The notes below the pieces were generated by a model. The model was not told where the DNA came from and ran no database searches. It saw nothing but the letters and a program-made list of their open reading frames with translations. Below, piece after piece: positions 52,701 to 62,766 of a DNA stretch of 64,000 nt (the first letter of the stretch is position 1; the number at the start of each line of letters is the position of its first letter). Source of the stretch: a virus (lineage: Duplodnaviria > Heunggongvirae > Uroviricota > Caudoviricetes); the IMG/VR virus record IMGVR_UViG_3300046656_000613, positions 30,167-94,166 of that record; one strand, given 5' to 3'. Position numbers and translations under genes: made by a program.

Positions 52701-55700
52701 AACGCGCGCGCCCGCGCCTCATTCCAACTGCGCCGATTGGTGTTGCCGAAGGCTGTCGCCAGCACCTGATGCATCGATACGCCGCCGACGCCATTGGGCC
52801 GCGAGCGCAGCGCAACCCCCTCCTTGAGATCCTGCATCGCCCATGCCTGGGTGTGCGAGGTCATCTTCAGCAGCTTGTTGGGATTGTCGGCCGCCGCCAG
52901 GGTGACGCGCTGGCCGGTGACGCGATTGATTTCTTCGAGCAGCGCCCGCGTCGCCATCCACCAGCCATGGCGCTTGTCGAAGACGTTCATGACGAAGCCA
53001 TGATGCAGATCATACAGCCGATCGGCCATGGTCGAGACGAAGCCGTCGCGCTCGGCGTCTTGCAGGAAGCGCCGGGCGGCATTCGGGGTGCGGGTGAGCA
53101 TGGTCTGCTGCGCGGCGCCGCGATCGAGCGGGTCGCCAAGCAGGAAATTGTCGTACTCATCCTGGATGTCCTGCATCGCCCAGAACAGCCGCGGGTCTTC
53201 CGCCTCGACCAGATTCTCAAAGGTGCGATAGAAATTCGGCGCCTGCTGGCGCGCCGCGGTCTCGTTGGTCAGATAGCGGCGGAAGAATTCGGCAAAGCCC
53301 TCCGACAGATTGGTGTTGCCCTGGCCGGCGACCACGCCGGCCAGCGGCGACAGCTCGTGCGAGAACGCCACCATGGCCGCGCGCAGTCGGGCGCCCAGCG
53401 TGCGCTCCAGATGATGGCCCGCCTCATGGGCGAAGGTGTCGAAGTCGATCTGCACGCGCAGGCGAGCGCGACCATTATACTGGCCGTTGACTTGCCCGCC
53501 GCCCGCCGCGGTCGCCTGCCGCTGGAGCGCCGGGTCGATGCGCCCGGTCGCCACCGACAACCCGGCCGCGCGGCGGAAGTCCGCCATCAGCTCAGAGAGC
53601 GCCTTGAGAGGCCGCTGGCGGGGCAGGAAGCGCTGCACGACGTTCTGGGCCATGCTGCGCGGCGCTGCCGTCTGCCGTGCCCTGGTGGCGCCTGGGGCCG
53701 TGGCGATGCCGCGCGCGTCGGCGAGCACGCCCGCGCGGATCATCGCCTGGGTGTTCACCTTCTCAGTGCGGCCATAGATCTCCTCATAACGACGCTTCAG
53801 CTCGCCCTGATCGACCTTCTGGAAAATATCCTCCCATGTCTGGGAGCCATTGCCCTTGATGCCGTTGACCAAGCGGGCCATGAAGTCGCTCAGTCGCTTG
53901 AAGGCAATCCGCACGATCCCCTTGGGGGCATACTGGTCGGCACGATAGCGGCCGAACATCTCCATGATCGATTCCTTGAGGATCAGATCCTGGAGTTGTC
54001 GCGGCCCCATGGTTTTGCCATAGCGCTTGGTGTAGGCGCGGGCGACGCCGGTCTTGCGAACCCAGCCCTCTTTCTGCGCGGCGGCCTGGAGTGCCGACCA
54101 TTCGGCTGCGGTGATCATGTCGTGCGCCAGGAAGAACTCCAGCGCCTCATGCCGCACCGTGGTCTTGGTGATCTCGGCCATGGACTGGCCGGTGGCGCGG
54201 GCCTTCTCCTCGATGGCCTTGGCGCCGATCGAGATCATCTCCGCGCGTGGGTCGGTCTGGCCGAGTGCGCGAACAATGGCGTTGTCGATATTTTCATTGC
54301 TGTCGTCGAGGGAGAACAGCTCGTCGAGCACTTCCTGCTGCTCGCCGGCCTCCATCGGCTCACCGTTTTTATGGGTGATCCTGACGGAGCTGTCGTCGAA
54401 CACCACAATGTTGCGCGTGCCGTCGGCCTGCTTCACATCGGCGGCCTGGACTTCCAGGATCTGGTCGAGCGTAGCCTGGGCGTCGCGGAGCCGTTCGGCG
54501 GTCAGCCGCTGATGGTTCGGCGGGACGAATGGCGAGAAGTCTTCCGACTCCTTGTCGCCGCGGCGCATCTCGAAATTGAGCTTTTCGACATGCTCGCGGT
54601 ATTTCTGCTCGGTCTCGTCGAGCGAGCCGTCAAGCTTCTGCTGCGCCCAGCCCCAGAGCTGGTCGGGGACAGGCTTGCCGTTCAGGCTGATGGTGCGCGA
54701 CGACGCATCGAGATAACGCAGGCCGGGGACGCCGGCCGCGTGAAGCGCTGCCGAAGCCTCTTGATCTGTGTAGAAACGGCGCCTCAGCTCATCGATAACA
54801 TGGCGTCCGTCGCGATAATCGACGGCATCAAACCCAAGCGCTTTCAGTTTTTCTTGGACGCCCGCAGGCTGCTTGCTCAGCGGCTTATCCCAATCCAGGA
54901 GCTGCTCAGGCTCAAGATCGATCTCGACCTGATAGAGCATGCCCTTGTCGATCTCGGGCTGTGGGAAGCGAATCTGCTTGCCGTACAGCCCCTTGAGCCA
55001 CTCGATGGCTTCCTTTGCCGCCTTGCGCTCATCCAGGCTCAGAGTTTCGCCGAAGGAATCCATCCCGGCGTCCAAATCAACCTGGATAATTGCGGTATAT
55101 TCCTGGATCATCCCCAACGGGATGACGCCGCCCGCCTTGGGAAGATCATCCTTAAGCTGACTGCCCAGCCAATGGATCATATCATTGCCGGTGATGTCCG
55201 TTTCCTGATCATCGATAAACATGATGTCAGGCACAACGGTCTGCTGCCGAGCGGCGCCTGATAGCGCCTCGCGATAATAGTCGGCGATGCCCTTATTCTC
55301 AGCAAAATACAGGCCATACCCATAAGCCTGCGCGCCCTCGCCGGTGCCGATCGCATCCATGCTGAAGCGGTCAAAGCGGTGCGGCGTGCCGTGGAACGCC
55401 GTCAGCGAGAACATATTCGGGGTCTCGGCGCGGGCCTCAACGGGCATCTTCGACCACAGCTTGATCAGCTCACCGCGTTCCTTGCGCGCGTTGGTCAGAT
55501 CGAATGCCTTGTTCTCATCGTCCGGTCGCGCCGCGATTGCTCGCAGCTCTTTGCCAATAAAATCAAGGTTGTCCTTGATCCGTCGCGGCGAAATATAATA
55601 CCCCTCAAACTCGGACCACTGATGCCATTTCACGCTCTCGGGTGAGCGCTTTTTCCACATGGCATAGCCTTCTTCCGACAGAATGCCGGAAGGCGACATC

Positions 55701-58700
55701 TTGATGCCCAGGTCTTTCTCGATCGCGGCGTACAACTTGCCGGACATGCCGCGCGGAGCTGTGCCGCTTCGTGCGGTGCGCTCCACCATGGAGACTTCCC
55801 AGGTGCCGTCCAGGTGCTGAGAGACGCGCGCCCAGATCAACGGCCGGTGGACCGTTGTCCCCGACTGGAACATGGGCGCGAAGTTCTTGATATTTTTGAG
55901 AGTGGCTGCGTCAATCTCGGCGGACTCGTCATACATCCGATAGGTGAGCGTCGTCAGCCGGTACTCGGATGGGCGGGCATTGCGCTCCCGCAGTCGGTCA
56001 TGATCGGCGGCGCGGCCGGCGCTGACTACGCCCTTAAATCCATCGATATCGAACAGCTCAAAGCTATCGACCTTCTGGATCTCTCCTGCATTCGATGCGC
56101 GAGCATCAGCAGATCGGCTCGCTGAGGAGATTCGGCCGGCAATGATTGAGCCGTCGTCTCGTAATGTTGCGCTCTCCTGGCGTAGTATGCGGCCTTCACC
56201 TGTTGCGCCGCCAACAGCCGCGCCGCCTCCGCGAGTTGCCGCAGTGCCTGCCGGCGTTCCACGCTCGGATGCACCATCGCCTTCTTGTCCAGCGCCTCGG
56301 CTATCGCCCGATAATTCATCGCTCGCCTCCGTTTCTGACATAATATCAGAGCGCGATGAACGCAATGCAAACAGCTCATCCTCGCGGGCGAGCCGGCCGA
56401 TCTCGATATTGGCCTTGACGTCCACGCGCACGCTGGCCGGCAGGATGCCGTCGGCCGCCTCATCGGCGACGCGCTGGAGCGCTTCGGCTTTGCTCTCGGC
56501 CTGAGGGGTGAGCATCACCTCTTCATTGGCGACGCGGCCCGGCGCGATGAACGCGGCTGTGCCGCGAGCGCCGGCCGTCAGCACGGCGGCTTTGCGACGA
56601 CTGTCGGCGATATTGGTGATCCGCGCATTGATTAAGGCGATGATCTTGGGGCGCGATGAGCCCTCGCTTTTCTTGACGGTACGACCGACCAGCTTGCTGG
56701 CGACCTTTTGCACATCAGCTAGCGGCAATCTGCCAAGTCCAGCCACGATCATCGTCGCGCGCGCATGCCAATTGTCCACGGCCTTGATGACGGGCGCGCC
56801 ATTCTTATCCAGCGGCATGGCTTCGTCGAGCAGTGCATCGAACTCAGCCGAAATACCCTTGACGTCCTTGACCTGATCCACTGGCGCCCGGCGCACCACG
56901 CCGCGCTTGTCGTAAGCGAGAATGCCGGCCTGGACCGCCTCGGTGACGGCGATATGCATCTGATGTGGCTGAAGCCCAAGCGATGCCGCCCACTGATCGC
57001 GCGGCATCTTGGAGTTGGCGAGCCTGATGATCTCCTGCATGAGATCACGCTCGGGCGCGGGCTCGGCTTCGGCCGTCGGCACCTCCGCTTTCGCGGGCGC
57101 CGGTGCTTTCCCGGCCTTCTCGGTAGCCTTCTGCGCCGCGCGCTCGATCGCGGCCTTCTCGCCGCCGATGGTGAAGCGCTTCTTGAAGCTGTCGTAATCT
57201 TCGGTCTGCCGGGTGTCGCCATGCTTCTCGGCGACCGCATTCTCCGCGACCAGCGGGTAGTTGTCATCCAGACGGTAGGCGCGAGCGTATTCCTCGACGC
57301 TGACGCCCTCTTTTTTCAGGTGCCTGCGCAGATCGGTATGCTTGCTGCCGTCGATCAGCGAGGCGATGTATTCGGGCTGGACGGACTGCTGCACCGGCAC
57401 GGCGGGGTCGCCGCCCAGCTTGGTGTCTGCGCGCTCGCCGCCTGCCAGCGCTGGAGTAGCGCCCGCAGGATTGGTCTGGGCGTCGCGGATCGCCTTGAAA
57501 TAGCTGGCCTTGGTGCCCTTCTTCGGCGCCTTGCCGATGAAGTCGGTGGCGATCAGATAAGCGTCGTCTTTCAGGATCTTACGATCCCGCTCCAGCTCGC
57601 CCATGGCCAGCTCAAACGCGGCGGGATCGCCGGCCATTCCCTTCAGCCGGACGCCCATATTGCGCACCAGCTCGGGCGGCTCATCACCGGCACGGCGCGC
57701 GGGCTCGCGCGGCACACGCGGGCGCCGGGTCGGGAGCCCTTCCAGCATTTTATCGAAGGCGACCAGCAGATCGGGCTGCTGCTGTGCGATCAGCTCGCGG
57801 ATGCGGCCGACCAGCTCGGGATTAGGACCGTAGGCCGCGACCATCGCCTGGACGGCCTCGACGTTTATATTGCGCGCAACGATCTCTTCGATGACGTTGA
57901 GGGGATCTTCGCCCTTGCGCACCGCCTCGATCACCTCGATGCGCTCATCGGGGGCGAGCTTGCGGTAAACTTGGCTCAGCGTCGGATCGCCGGTCTCTTC
58001 CTCGAACACCTCGATTGCCGGCAGCACAAACTGCTTCTCGGCCCAATCGAGCTGCTTCTGCGGATCGCTGCTGTCCAGCGACGCCTCGAAATCGCGATCC
58101 TCCTGCTGTTCGGCCAGCGGCACGATGCGCTCGCCGGCTACGGCGCGCTGGATGAGGTCGAGCACGTCATCGCTATTGCTCAGCGACGCCTGATCCGGGC
58201 CGCTCTCTTCGAGATAGCCGGCCTCCACCAGGGCCTCGCGCACCTCCTCCAGGCTCTTGCCGTTCTCGTTGACCAGACCGGGGAAGCGCTGGCCGTCGAT
58301 GGTGTCCAGCTCACCGATCGGCTGCACACCGCCGATCGACTGGATGAACTTAAGCGCGCCCTGCCCCTTGGTCGCCTCGGCCGGATTGGGCGTGGGATCG
58401 ACGGACGGATCTTCCATTGGCGGCTGGATGCCGGGCTCCTCGGAGGCATCCACCGGCGCGAGCGGTGCCTCGGGCTCGCTGCCCTCTGCGGCCGGGCCGG
58501 CACCAGGGATCTCAGCGGCCTTCTTGGCGTCACGCACATCGCGATAGGCTTCAACGCTGGAGCCGGGCAACGCCATGCCGCCCGCGCCGATAATGGTGCG
58601 CAACGCAATCTCAGGCGCGGTCTCGGTGGCAAATTTCTGCACGTCGCTGCCGGTGATGCCCTTGCCGGCCATCGCCTTCGAGCCCAGCTCAGTCAGCCCT

Positions 58701-59668
58701 TCCTGGGCCAGCTCAGTCGGCAGCTCCACCAGGATGGTGTCCTTGACCAGCGACTTGCCGAACTGCTTGGTGAACTCGGCCGCGGTGCGCATCTTGCCGC
58801 CCTGCGCAAGGTTCTGCGCCAGCTTCTGCGCCACCCGGTCGGCGAGCTGCTTGCGCGCGAAGCCGCCGATCTTGGCCGCTTGCAGCGCAGGGAATGCGGC
58901 ATCCAGGCTGACCAGAATGGCCGCGCCCATATTGGTGTAGTTGACCAGATTTTGGTCGGATACGCCCTCTTTTTTCAGGGCGTTGCGCATGTCGCTGGTG
59001 TGAAGGTGGATCGAGCCCAGCGCCGAGCCGGTCAGTGCGCCGACGGTGCCGCCGACCATGGCGCCGGTCTTGCCGCCCGCGATCTGTCCCTGGGTGGCGC
59101 CGATGCCGCCGAGCGCTGCCGCGCCGACGATCGAGGGCGCCATCACGCCGACCTGCTGGCCGACGGTCTCCTTCACATATCCCCAGAAATCGCGGATGCC
59201 GCCGATCTGCTGGTAGCTCTGATAGACCGGCCGGTAGCTGGAGCCGTCCTGCTTGAGGCTGGCGCGGACGGATTCCGCCTTGCGCGACCACCATTTATCC
59301 CCGGTCCAATCGGACAGATGATCCATGGTGTCAGCGAAGGCTTCGATATTCTGGTTGCCCAGCGCATGCTCCATCGAACCCCAGAAGGACGCCTCCTCCG
59401 GGGTCTCCATGCGCGGGTTCATCTTCTCGGCCTGGGTGCGGGCGCGCGCGGATTCGCGGGCGTTGTCGATCGACACCCCGTCCATCAGATCGTCGCGCCA
59501 CGACCGGCCCGGCGTGGTCTTGGGCACGATGGTCTCGTTGGCGCCCGGCCGGGCCGGCGCCTGCCCGACTTCCTCATCGAAGAAGTTTTCCGGGGCCTTG
59601 ACATGCGTCGAGGCCGCTGATGGAGCAACGGCCTCGTCTTCGTACTGGTCAAAGAAATTTTCGGCCAT
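49769..59668 (-). CDS. giant virion-associated polyvalent protein (3299 aa) with ART-like and HExxH metallopeptidase-like motifs
   Basis: Single uninterrupted ORF; Gly-rich N-terminal region; H-Y-E ADP-ribosyltransferase-like triad context (FHGTPHRFDRF, GYGLYFAE); zincin motif FAHEAGHHLE; C-terminal hydrophobic helices; start couples to the upstream gene by ATGA overlap. Confidence 0.8.
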   Translation of the reverse strand: MAENFFDQYEDEAVAPSAASTHVKAPENFFDEEVGQAPARPGANETIVPKTTPGRSWRDDLMDGVSIDNARESARARTQAEKMNPRMETPEEASFWGSMEHALGNQNIEAFADTMDHLSDWTGDKWWSRKAESVRASLKQDGSSYRPVYQSYQQIGGIRDFWGYVKETVGQQVGVMAPSIVGAAALGGIGATQGQIAGGKTGAMVGGTVGALTGSALGSIHLHTSDMRNALKKEGVSDQNLVNYTNMGAAILVSLDAAFPALQAAKIGGFARKQLADRVAQKLAQNLAQGGKMRTAAEFTKQFGKSLVKDTILVELPTELAQEGLTELGSKAMAGKGITGSDVQKFATETAPEIALRTIIGAGGMALPGSSVEAYRDVRDAKKAAEIPGAGPAAEGSEPEAPLAPVDASEEPGIQPPMEDPSVDPTPNPAEATKGQGALKFIQSIGGVQPIGELDTIDGQRFPGLVNENGKSLEEVREALVEAGYLEESGPDQASLSNSDDVLDLIQRAVAGERIVPLAEQQEDRDFEASLDSSDPQKQLDWAEKQFVLPAIEVFEEETGDPTLSQVYRKLAPDERIEVIEAVRKGEDPLNVIEEIVARNINVEAVQAMVAAYGPNPELVGRIRELIAQQQPDLLVAFDKMLEGLPTRRPRVPREPARRAGDEPPELVRNMGVRLKGMAGDPAAFELAMGELERDRKILKDDAYLIATDFIGKAPKKGTKASYFKAIRDAQTNPAGATPALAGGERADTKLGGDPAVPVQQSVQPEYIASLIDGSKHTDLRRHLKKEGVSVEEYARAYRLDDNYPLVAENAVAEKHGDTRQTEDYDSFKKRFTIGGEKAAIERAAQKATEKAGKAPAPAKAEVPTAEAEPAPERDLMQEIIRLANSKMPRDQWAASLGLQPHQMHIAVTEAVQAGILAYDKRGVVRRAPVDQVKDVKGISAEFDALLDEAMPLDKNGAPVIKAVDNWHARATMIVAGLGRLPLADVQKVASKLVGRTVKKSEGSSRPKIIALINARITNIADSRRKAAVLTAGARGTAAFIAPGRVANEEVMLTPQAESKAEALQRVADEAADGILPASVRVDVKANIEIGRLAREDELFALRSSRSDIMSETEASDELSGDSRGAGQEGDGASERGTPAGTAATRGGGAAVGGATGEGRILRQESATLRDDGSIIAGRISSASRSADARASNAGEIQKVDSFELFDIDGFKGVVSAGRAADHDRLRERNARPSEYRLTTLTYRMYDESAEIDAATLKNIKNFAPMFQSGTTVHRPLIWARVSQHLDGTWEVSMVERTARSGTAPRGMSGKLYAAIEKDLGIKMSPSGILSEEGYAMWKKRSPESVKWHQWSEFEGYYISPRRIKDNLDFIGKELRAIAARPDDENKAFDLTNARKERGELIKLWSKMPVEARAETPNMFSLTAFHGTPHRFDRFSMDAIGTGEGAQAYGYGLYFAENKGIADYYREALSGAARQQTVVPDIMFIDDQETDITGNDMIHWLGSQLKDDLPKAGGVIPLGMIQEYTAIIQVDLDAGMDSFGETLSLDERKAAKEAIEWLKGLYGKQIRFPQPEIDKGMLYQVEIDLEPEQLLDWDKPLSKQPAGVQEKLKALGFDAVDYRDGRHVIDELRRRFYTDQEASAALHAAGVPGLRYLDASSRTISLNGKPVPDQLWGWAQQKLDGSLDETEQKYREHVEKLNFEMRRGDKESEDFSPFVPPNHQRLTAERLRDAQATLDQILEVQAADVKQADGTRNIVVFDDSSVRITHKNGEPMEAGEQQEVLDELFSLDDSNENIDNAIVRALGQTDPRAEMISIGAKAIEEKARATGQSMAEITKTTVRHEALEFFLAHDMITAAEWSALQAAAQKEGWVRKTGVARAYTKRYGKTMGPRQLQDLILKESIMEMFGRYRADQYAPKGIVRIAFKRLSDFMARLVNGIKGNGSQTWEDIFQKVDQGELKRRYEEIYGRTEKVNTQAMIRAGVLADARGIATAPGATRARQTAAPRSMAQNVVQRFLPRQRPLKALSELMADFRRAAGLSVATGRIDPALQRQATAAGGGQVNGQYNGRARLRVQIDFDTFAHEAGHHLERTLGARLRAAMVAFSHELSPLAGVVAGQGNTNLSEGFAEFFRRYLTNETAARQQAPNFYRTFENLVEAEDPRLFWAMQDIQDEYDNFLLGDPLDRGAAQQTMLTRTPNAARRFLQDAERDGFVSTMADRLYDLHHGFVMNVFDKRHGWWMATRALLEEINRVTGQRVTLAAADNPNKLLKMTSHTQAWAMQDLKEGVALRSRPNGVGGVSMHQVLATAFGNTNRRSWNEARARAFGDYLISRRAILLYVRYRPQFRVQIQQFVAANPQMAFLLQRLPTNTVSDLANPPTAEALYEHLNRLLRHEQQNPQFRQAAELYYRFNKDIIELMYEKGLITLDERNEYQQDRDYCPFQRNMSDRETVDGTDATSKRPGRGRDKINKYDVYRQLEGSMRDIINPIQSTVQTMFEIRLRAAINDTLRAMDRIARQAGQAGNEIFERLPPTEARAVEVRIREQLRQAARAAGMTAQDTAIMLANVETQIGQNVVTTMFTQAQANEKGEKIVWFFENGKPIPAQLPDGTLGQMMFEGLTAVGQRNMGQLMDAMAITTSVVRTGVTFSFGFMIRNIITDSIASWVNSPYARPFLTQARGMREIVRGGPYLHLYNRYAGMMGGAGHASLTDQSIQRDIEGLRLRGFNVRVPRSIKDLVKLVFQVGEFSETATRVGIFRNAMLSAQADGMTEFEAAIEAGHYAHDVMDFSQHGSKTEAFRRVIPFFNAALQGVYKYAKTMTGANDYGNLIQIWDRHSRGLPLSVNEQRALGQAGKAWMISTVVLGGLSLLFCMLGADDDDMKEVPDSVRATHWRLSLNGVLYLLPKDMRVFLAGEDEKTDWMMRIPKPFEIAWFANAVERSWDYLVDHDPRAAAGMVSDFFTTLLPPHSISALDLVYGFASGKDMYSGNDIVPIWEKGPEEVERQQQFGPYTSWAAKQIGEALNMSPYYADFLIRNLTTSVGQDAASGLDAALGEGPMPSIAEYPVARRFTYNAGKTSNSLSKFYNMMTDGEGLNKWFWDTVSEDARSFHSASNTYKKMIDSGGENSIRASEFLGQINPDQRAFAVLENDFKGRTKGKYRNLHPMINASESVKITNAIMKEIVTGELIQDKDEKGEARKKMDREQMRFARNEIAHIRKGMAQNALQIMGIDGWGQQKLMDVDARLKVLKAGAPEVYDEMLRRMKKEKVQDGKHLAKVWGKVRERINSQRKDADVSDLYGPVIGE

Positions 59669-59670
59669 GA

Positions 59671-62331
59671 TTACCTTGGCTCGGCAAGAATCTCCTCAGC
59701 GGAACCTTGCCCATATTTCTGATTGAATTCTGACGCCAACGCAGGGTTGCCCTTGAGGGCACTGATCGCAGTCTGGGAAGGTTTGGGCATACCGTAATAG
59801 GCATTCGGGTCGCCCTGCATGGGGATCGCAGGGGCATCGTCACCGAGACGATTGCCGAATGACTGGAAAGCGCGCTCTGCGGCGCCGCTTTCATTCAGGT
59901 AGCGGATACGATTTGCTATCACGCCTGAGACGGGAAGTCCATCAAGACTTCTTTTGATCTGTGAATGAACTGCTTCGGCGAGTTCTCTATTCTGCACCAT
60001 GTGTTCGACTGCCGCAACCCCCGCCGCGCGCGCATAGGGGCCGTATTGCTGCTCCATGCCGGCGAGCACGCCGCTCATGGCGTCGGTCAGCGACTTGCCT
60101 TCGAGCCCGCGGATCGGCGCCATGATCACCCGCGCCTCGCTCTTGGTGATCGGCGAGCGCCGGTCCTCGGGCACGCCGACCTTGCCCTGCGCCTCGATGC
60201 GCACGCGCGACAGCTCCTGGATCGCGGCCGGATCACCGGGATTGGCATTGGCCAGCTCGGCGGCGGCCTTGACGTCCGGCAGCATGTCCACTGAGCGGGC
60301 CGGGTCGGTATCGCGCCATTCGATCAGATCGTCAGCCATCTTCTTGGCCTTGTCATAGACCTTGGCCTTCATCTCGAAATTGGCTTCGCCCGGCTTGGGC
60401 GCGATGCTGGCCAGCCGGCCATAGACCTGATCGGTCGGCATGGTCGGCAGATCGCTGAGCGCGTCGTGTTCGAGCTGCGCCTCCTGGCGCTGAAGGAAAT
60501 AGCGGTTGATCTGGTTCGGCTCCAGCACACGCCGGGCCATCTCCAGATCCGGGGCGGAGGCTTGGCCGGTGCGACGGATCGACTCCACATCGTCGTCGAG
60601 CGACTGCTTGAGCTGCTCGCGATGCGCCTCGAACTTGGTGCGGTGGGCGCGCTCGGCCTCATTGAGAAATTTGGCGCGCTCCAGCGGCGAGAGCATCGCA
60701 TATTTGCCCTCGGCCTGCTGGGTGCCCTCTTCACCCATCGCCATGGCCATGGAATAGCGGCCATACAGGCGGGTGTTGTGACCCTTGGCGGAGTAGACGC
60801 CGCTCGCGAGTGCCGACGGGAAATCGTCTTTCAGCTTGCCGCGATCGGCCTCGGTCATCCGCGCCAGGAAGTCGCGCACATCCTTGGCGCCGCTGGCCGC
60901 GCCCGCGACGCGCTCGGCGTGGTTGGCGATCGAGGCTGGACCCTGCTGAATCTTCCGGTCCGCAAAATAGGCGATGACACGGGGATCGCTGGCCAGTTCG
61001 GTCGGCACCCCCGCGGTTTCGAGGTCGCTCTGCGTTGGCGCCAGAATGTTCTTTTGGTGCCAGTCCTTCTCGGCGGCGATGAGCCCCTGCGGATCGGCGC
61101 GGGACACTGCCTCCCAGGACGAGTCGAACTCAGCGGTCCCCGGCTTGCCCTTCAGCCCGAGCGCCGAGCCATATTCGCGCATGAACTGCTGTGCCGAGCC
61201 GCCCTCCTGGCTGTTGAGGCCGAGATTGCCGTAGGACTTGGTGCCCTTGCTGTCCTTGGAGATGTTCTTGACGCCCTCGACCGGATTGGTCTTGCCGGTT
61301 TCCAGGCGCCCGGTGATGTCTTGGGGGCTCGCGCCCTTGTAGGTTTTGAACGCCTTGCCCTGGCGCTCGGACAGATTCTTCGCCCAGGTGGTGGCGTTCT
61401 CGCGGCTGTCGAATTTGCCCAGATGCTGGCCGGTGCCGAGATAGCGCTCGATCGACTCTTCCTCGGTCATCTCCTTGCCGTTCTCGTCGATCGTCGGAAT
61501 CAGGACTTCGCGCCCGTCTTCCTCGATTGAGATCGACTTGATGGTGGAGATGCTGCCGTCCTCGTTGCGCACCACGGGCCGCTTGTCGAGTTCGATGTTG
61601 CCCGGCTCCAGCTCGCCCACCGGCGCAGTCGCGCCGAGCAGCTCGCGGCGCAGCCCCTCGGGGTCATCGAGCTTGCGACGCTCGGCCTCCTGGAGCACGG
61701 CGCCCTTGACGTATTGCTCATCGAGCTTGGCCTGCTGCGCGGGCGACAGCATGCCGGCCCGCTGGCCAAGCTGGATCGAGGTGCGCATCTGATCGATGAT
61801 GCGGCCCCGCTCGGTGTCCGGCGTGCGCGGGTCGCTATAGTCGTCGCGGTACTTCTCCAGCGTCGATTCGAGCTGGACGAAGCGCTCCTGCCGGCCGTAT
61901 TCGTCGGCGCGCTTCATCAGCCGCTCGCGCCCGGCGAGCACGTCATTGCCGGCCTTGAGCTGCCATTTCTGGCGCATATCCGGGTTGCGGATCAGTCCGG
62001 CCGCCTGTGTATTGATCTCCTGGGCGACGGGAGTGTAGCGCTGATCGTGGGTCGAATAGTCGCCATCATTGTCCAGCGCGCGCTCGGCATCGAACAGCCC
62101 CTGGCGCTGCGCGGCGTCGGCCTTGATCAGATCGAGCGCGTCCTGTTCGCGCTTGGCCTTCTCCTGGCCGCGGTTGAGGGCGTCGATGCCCTGCTCGGCG
62201 CCGCGACCAAGCGACGCCAGCCCCCGGCCGACCGCAGAGGCATCGACATCCGAAGCTGAGACGATGCCGCGGCCCGAGCGCAGCGATTCCGCGCCGCCCT
62301 GGAGCTGGCTTTTATCAGGCATTTTTGGCAT
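59671..62331 (-). CDS. large virion internal/ejection-like protein (886 aa)
   Basis: Size and position in a small, medium, giant gene series analogous to podovirus internal virion proteins; Ala/Gln-rich coiled segments. Confidence 0.45.
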   Translation of the reverse strand: MPKMPDKSQLQGGAESLRSGRGIVSASDVDASAVGRGLASLGRGAEQGIDALNRGQEKAKREQDALDLIKADAAQRQGLFDAERALDNDGDYSTHDQRYTPVAQEINTQAAGLIRNPDMRQKWQLKAGNDVLAGRERLMKRADEYGRQERFVQLESTLEKYRDDYSDPRTPDTERGRIIDQMRTSIQLGQRAGMLSPAQQAKLDEQYVKGAVLQEAERRKLDDPEGLRRELLGATAPVGELEPGNIELDKRPVVRNEDGSISTIKSISIEEDGREVLIPTIDENGKEMTEEESIERYLGTGQHLGKFDSRENATTWAKNLSERQGKAFKTYKGASPQDITGRLETGKTNPVEGVKNISKDSKGTKSYGNLGLNSQEGGSAQQFMREYGSALGLKGKPGTAEFDSSWEAVSRADPQGLIAAEKDWHQKNILAPTQSDLETAGVPTELASDPRVIAYFADRKIQQGPASIANHAERVAGAASGAKDVRDFLARMTEADRGKLKDDFPSALASGVYSAKGHNTRLYGRYSMAMAMGEEGTQQAEGKYAMLSPLERAKFLNEAERAHRTKFEAHREQLKQSLDDDVESIRRTGQASAPDLEMARRVLEPNQINRYFLQRQEAQLEHDALSDLPTMPTDQVYGRLASIAPKPGEANFEMKAKVYDKAKKMADDLIEWRDTDPARSVDMLPDVKAAAELANANPGDPAAIQELSRVRIEAQGKVGVPEDRRSPITKSEARVIMAPIRGLEGKSLTDAMSGVLAGMEQQYGPYARAAGVAAVEHMVQNRELAEAVHSQIKRSLDGLPVSGVIANRIRYLNESGAAERAFQSFGNRLGDDAPAIPMQGDPNAYYGMPKPSQTAISALKGNPALASEFNQKYGQGSAEEILAEPR

Positions 62332-62337
62332 GAATGA

Positions 62338-62766
62338 TTATCCGTAAGCGCCGCCGCCAGGGGCGGGAGCTGGAGCACCAAAGGCTTTGCCGACGCCGCT
62401 GAGGAACTGGCCGCCCGCTTCGAGCAGCGAGCCCTTATAAGCGGCCTTGCCCTTGAAGCGCGCTGCGTTGGCCTGGGAGAGCTGACCGCGCGCGCGACTC
62501 TCGCCGCCATAGAGCGCGGTCTGAGCGTTGTATTCGCCGGTCTGTGCGGTCTCGCCATAGATGTCGAGGATCGAGGGGTTGACCACACCGGCGCCGCCCG
62601 ACGCCGCCAGGGCGACCTGCCGGGACATCAGCCGCTCGGCATCGCCGCGCTTGGTGATGGCGTCGCGCTGCGAGGCGGCACGCTCCTCTGCGGCCACGCG
62701 CTCGCGTTCATTGGCCTCATAATTGAGGGCGGCTTGCTGGGCGCGCCCCTGCTGGAGCGTGCCCAT
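62338..62766 (-). CDS. small virion internal protein-like (start uncertain)
   Basis: Ala/Gly-rich protein with an N-terminal hydrophobic segment; start chosen at the Met that gives a TGATG coupling with the GNAT gene. Confidence 0.4.
   Translation of the reverse strand: MGTLQQGRAQQAALNYEANERERVAAEERAASQRDAITKRGDAERLMSRQVALAASGGAGVVNPSILDIYGETAQTGEYNAQTALYGGESRARGQLSQANAARFKGKAAYKGSLLEAGGQFLSGVGKAFGAPAPAPGGGAYG

Noticed and set aside
51563-59620. 1232-aa and 951-aa plus-strand ORFs
   Set aside because: Both lie wholly antisense inside the 3299-aa gene; they are Arg/Ala/Gly/Leu-rich GC-frame artefacts.
49769-59668. N4-like virion RNA polymerase identity for the 3299-aa protein
   Set aside because: No T7-like RNAP motifs (DxxGR, RxxxK..YG, HDS) could be recognised by eye; it is retained only as a polyvalent ejection-protein hypothesis.
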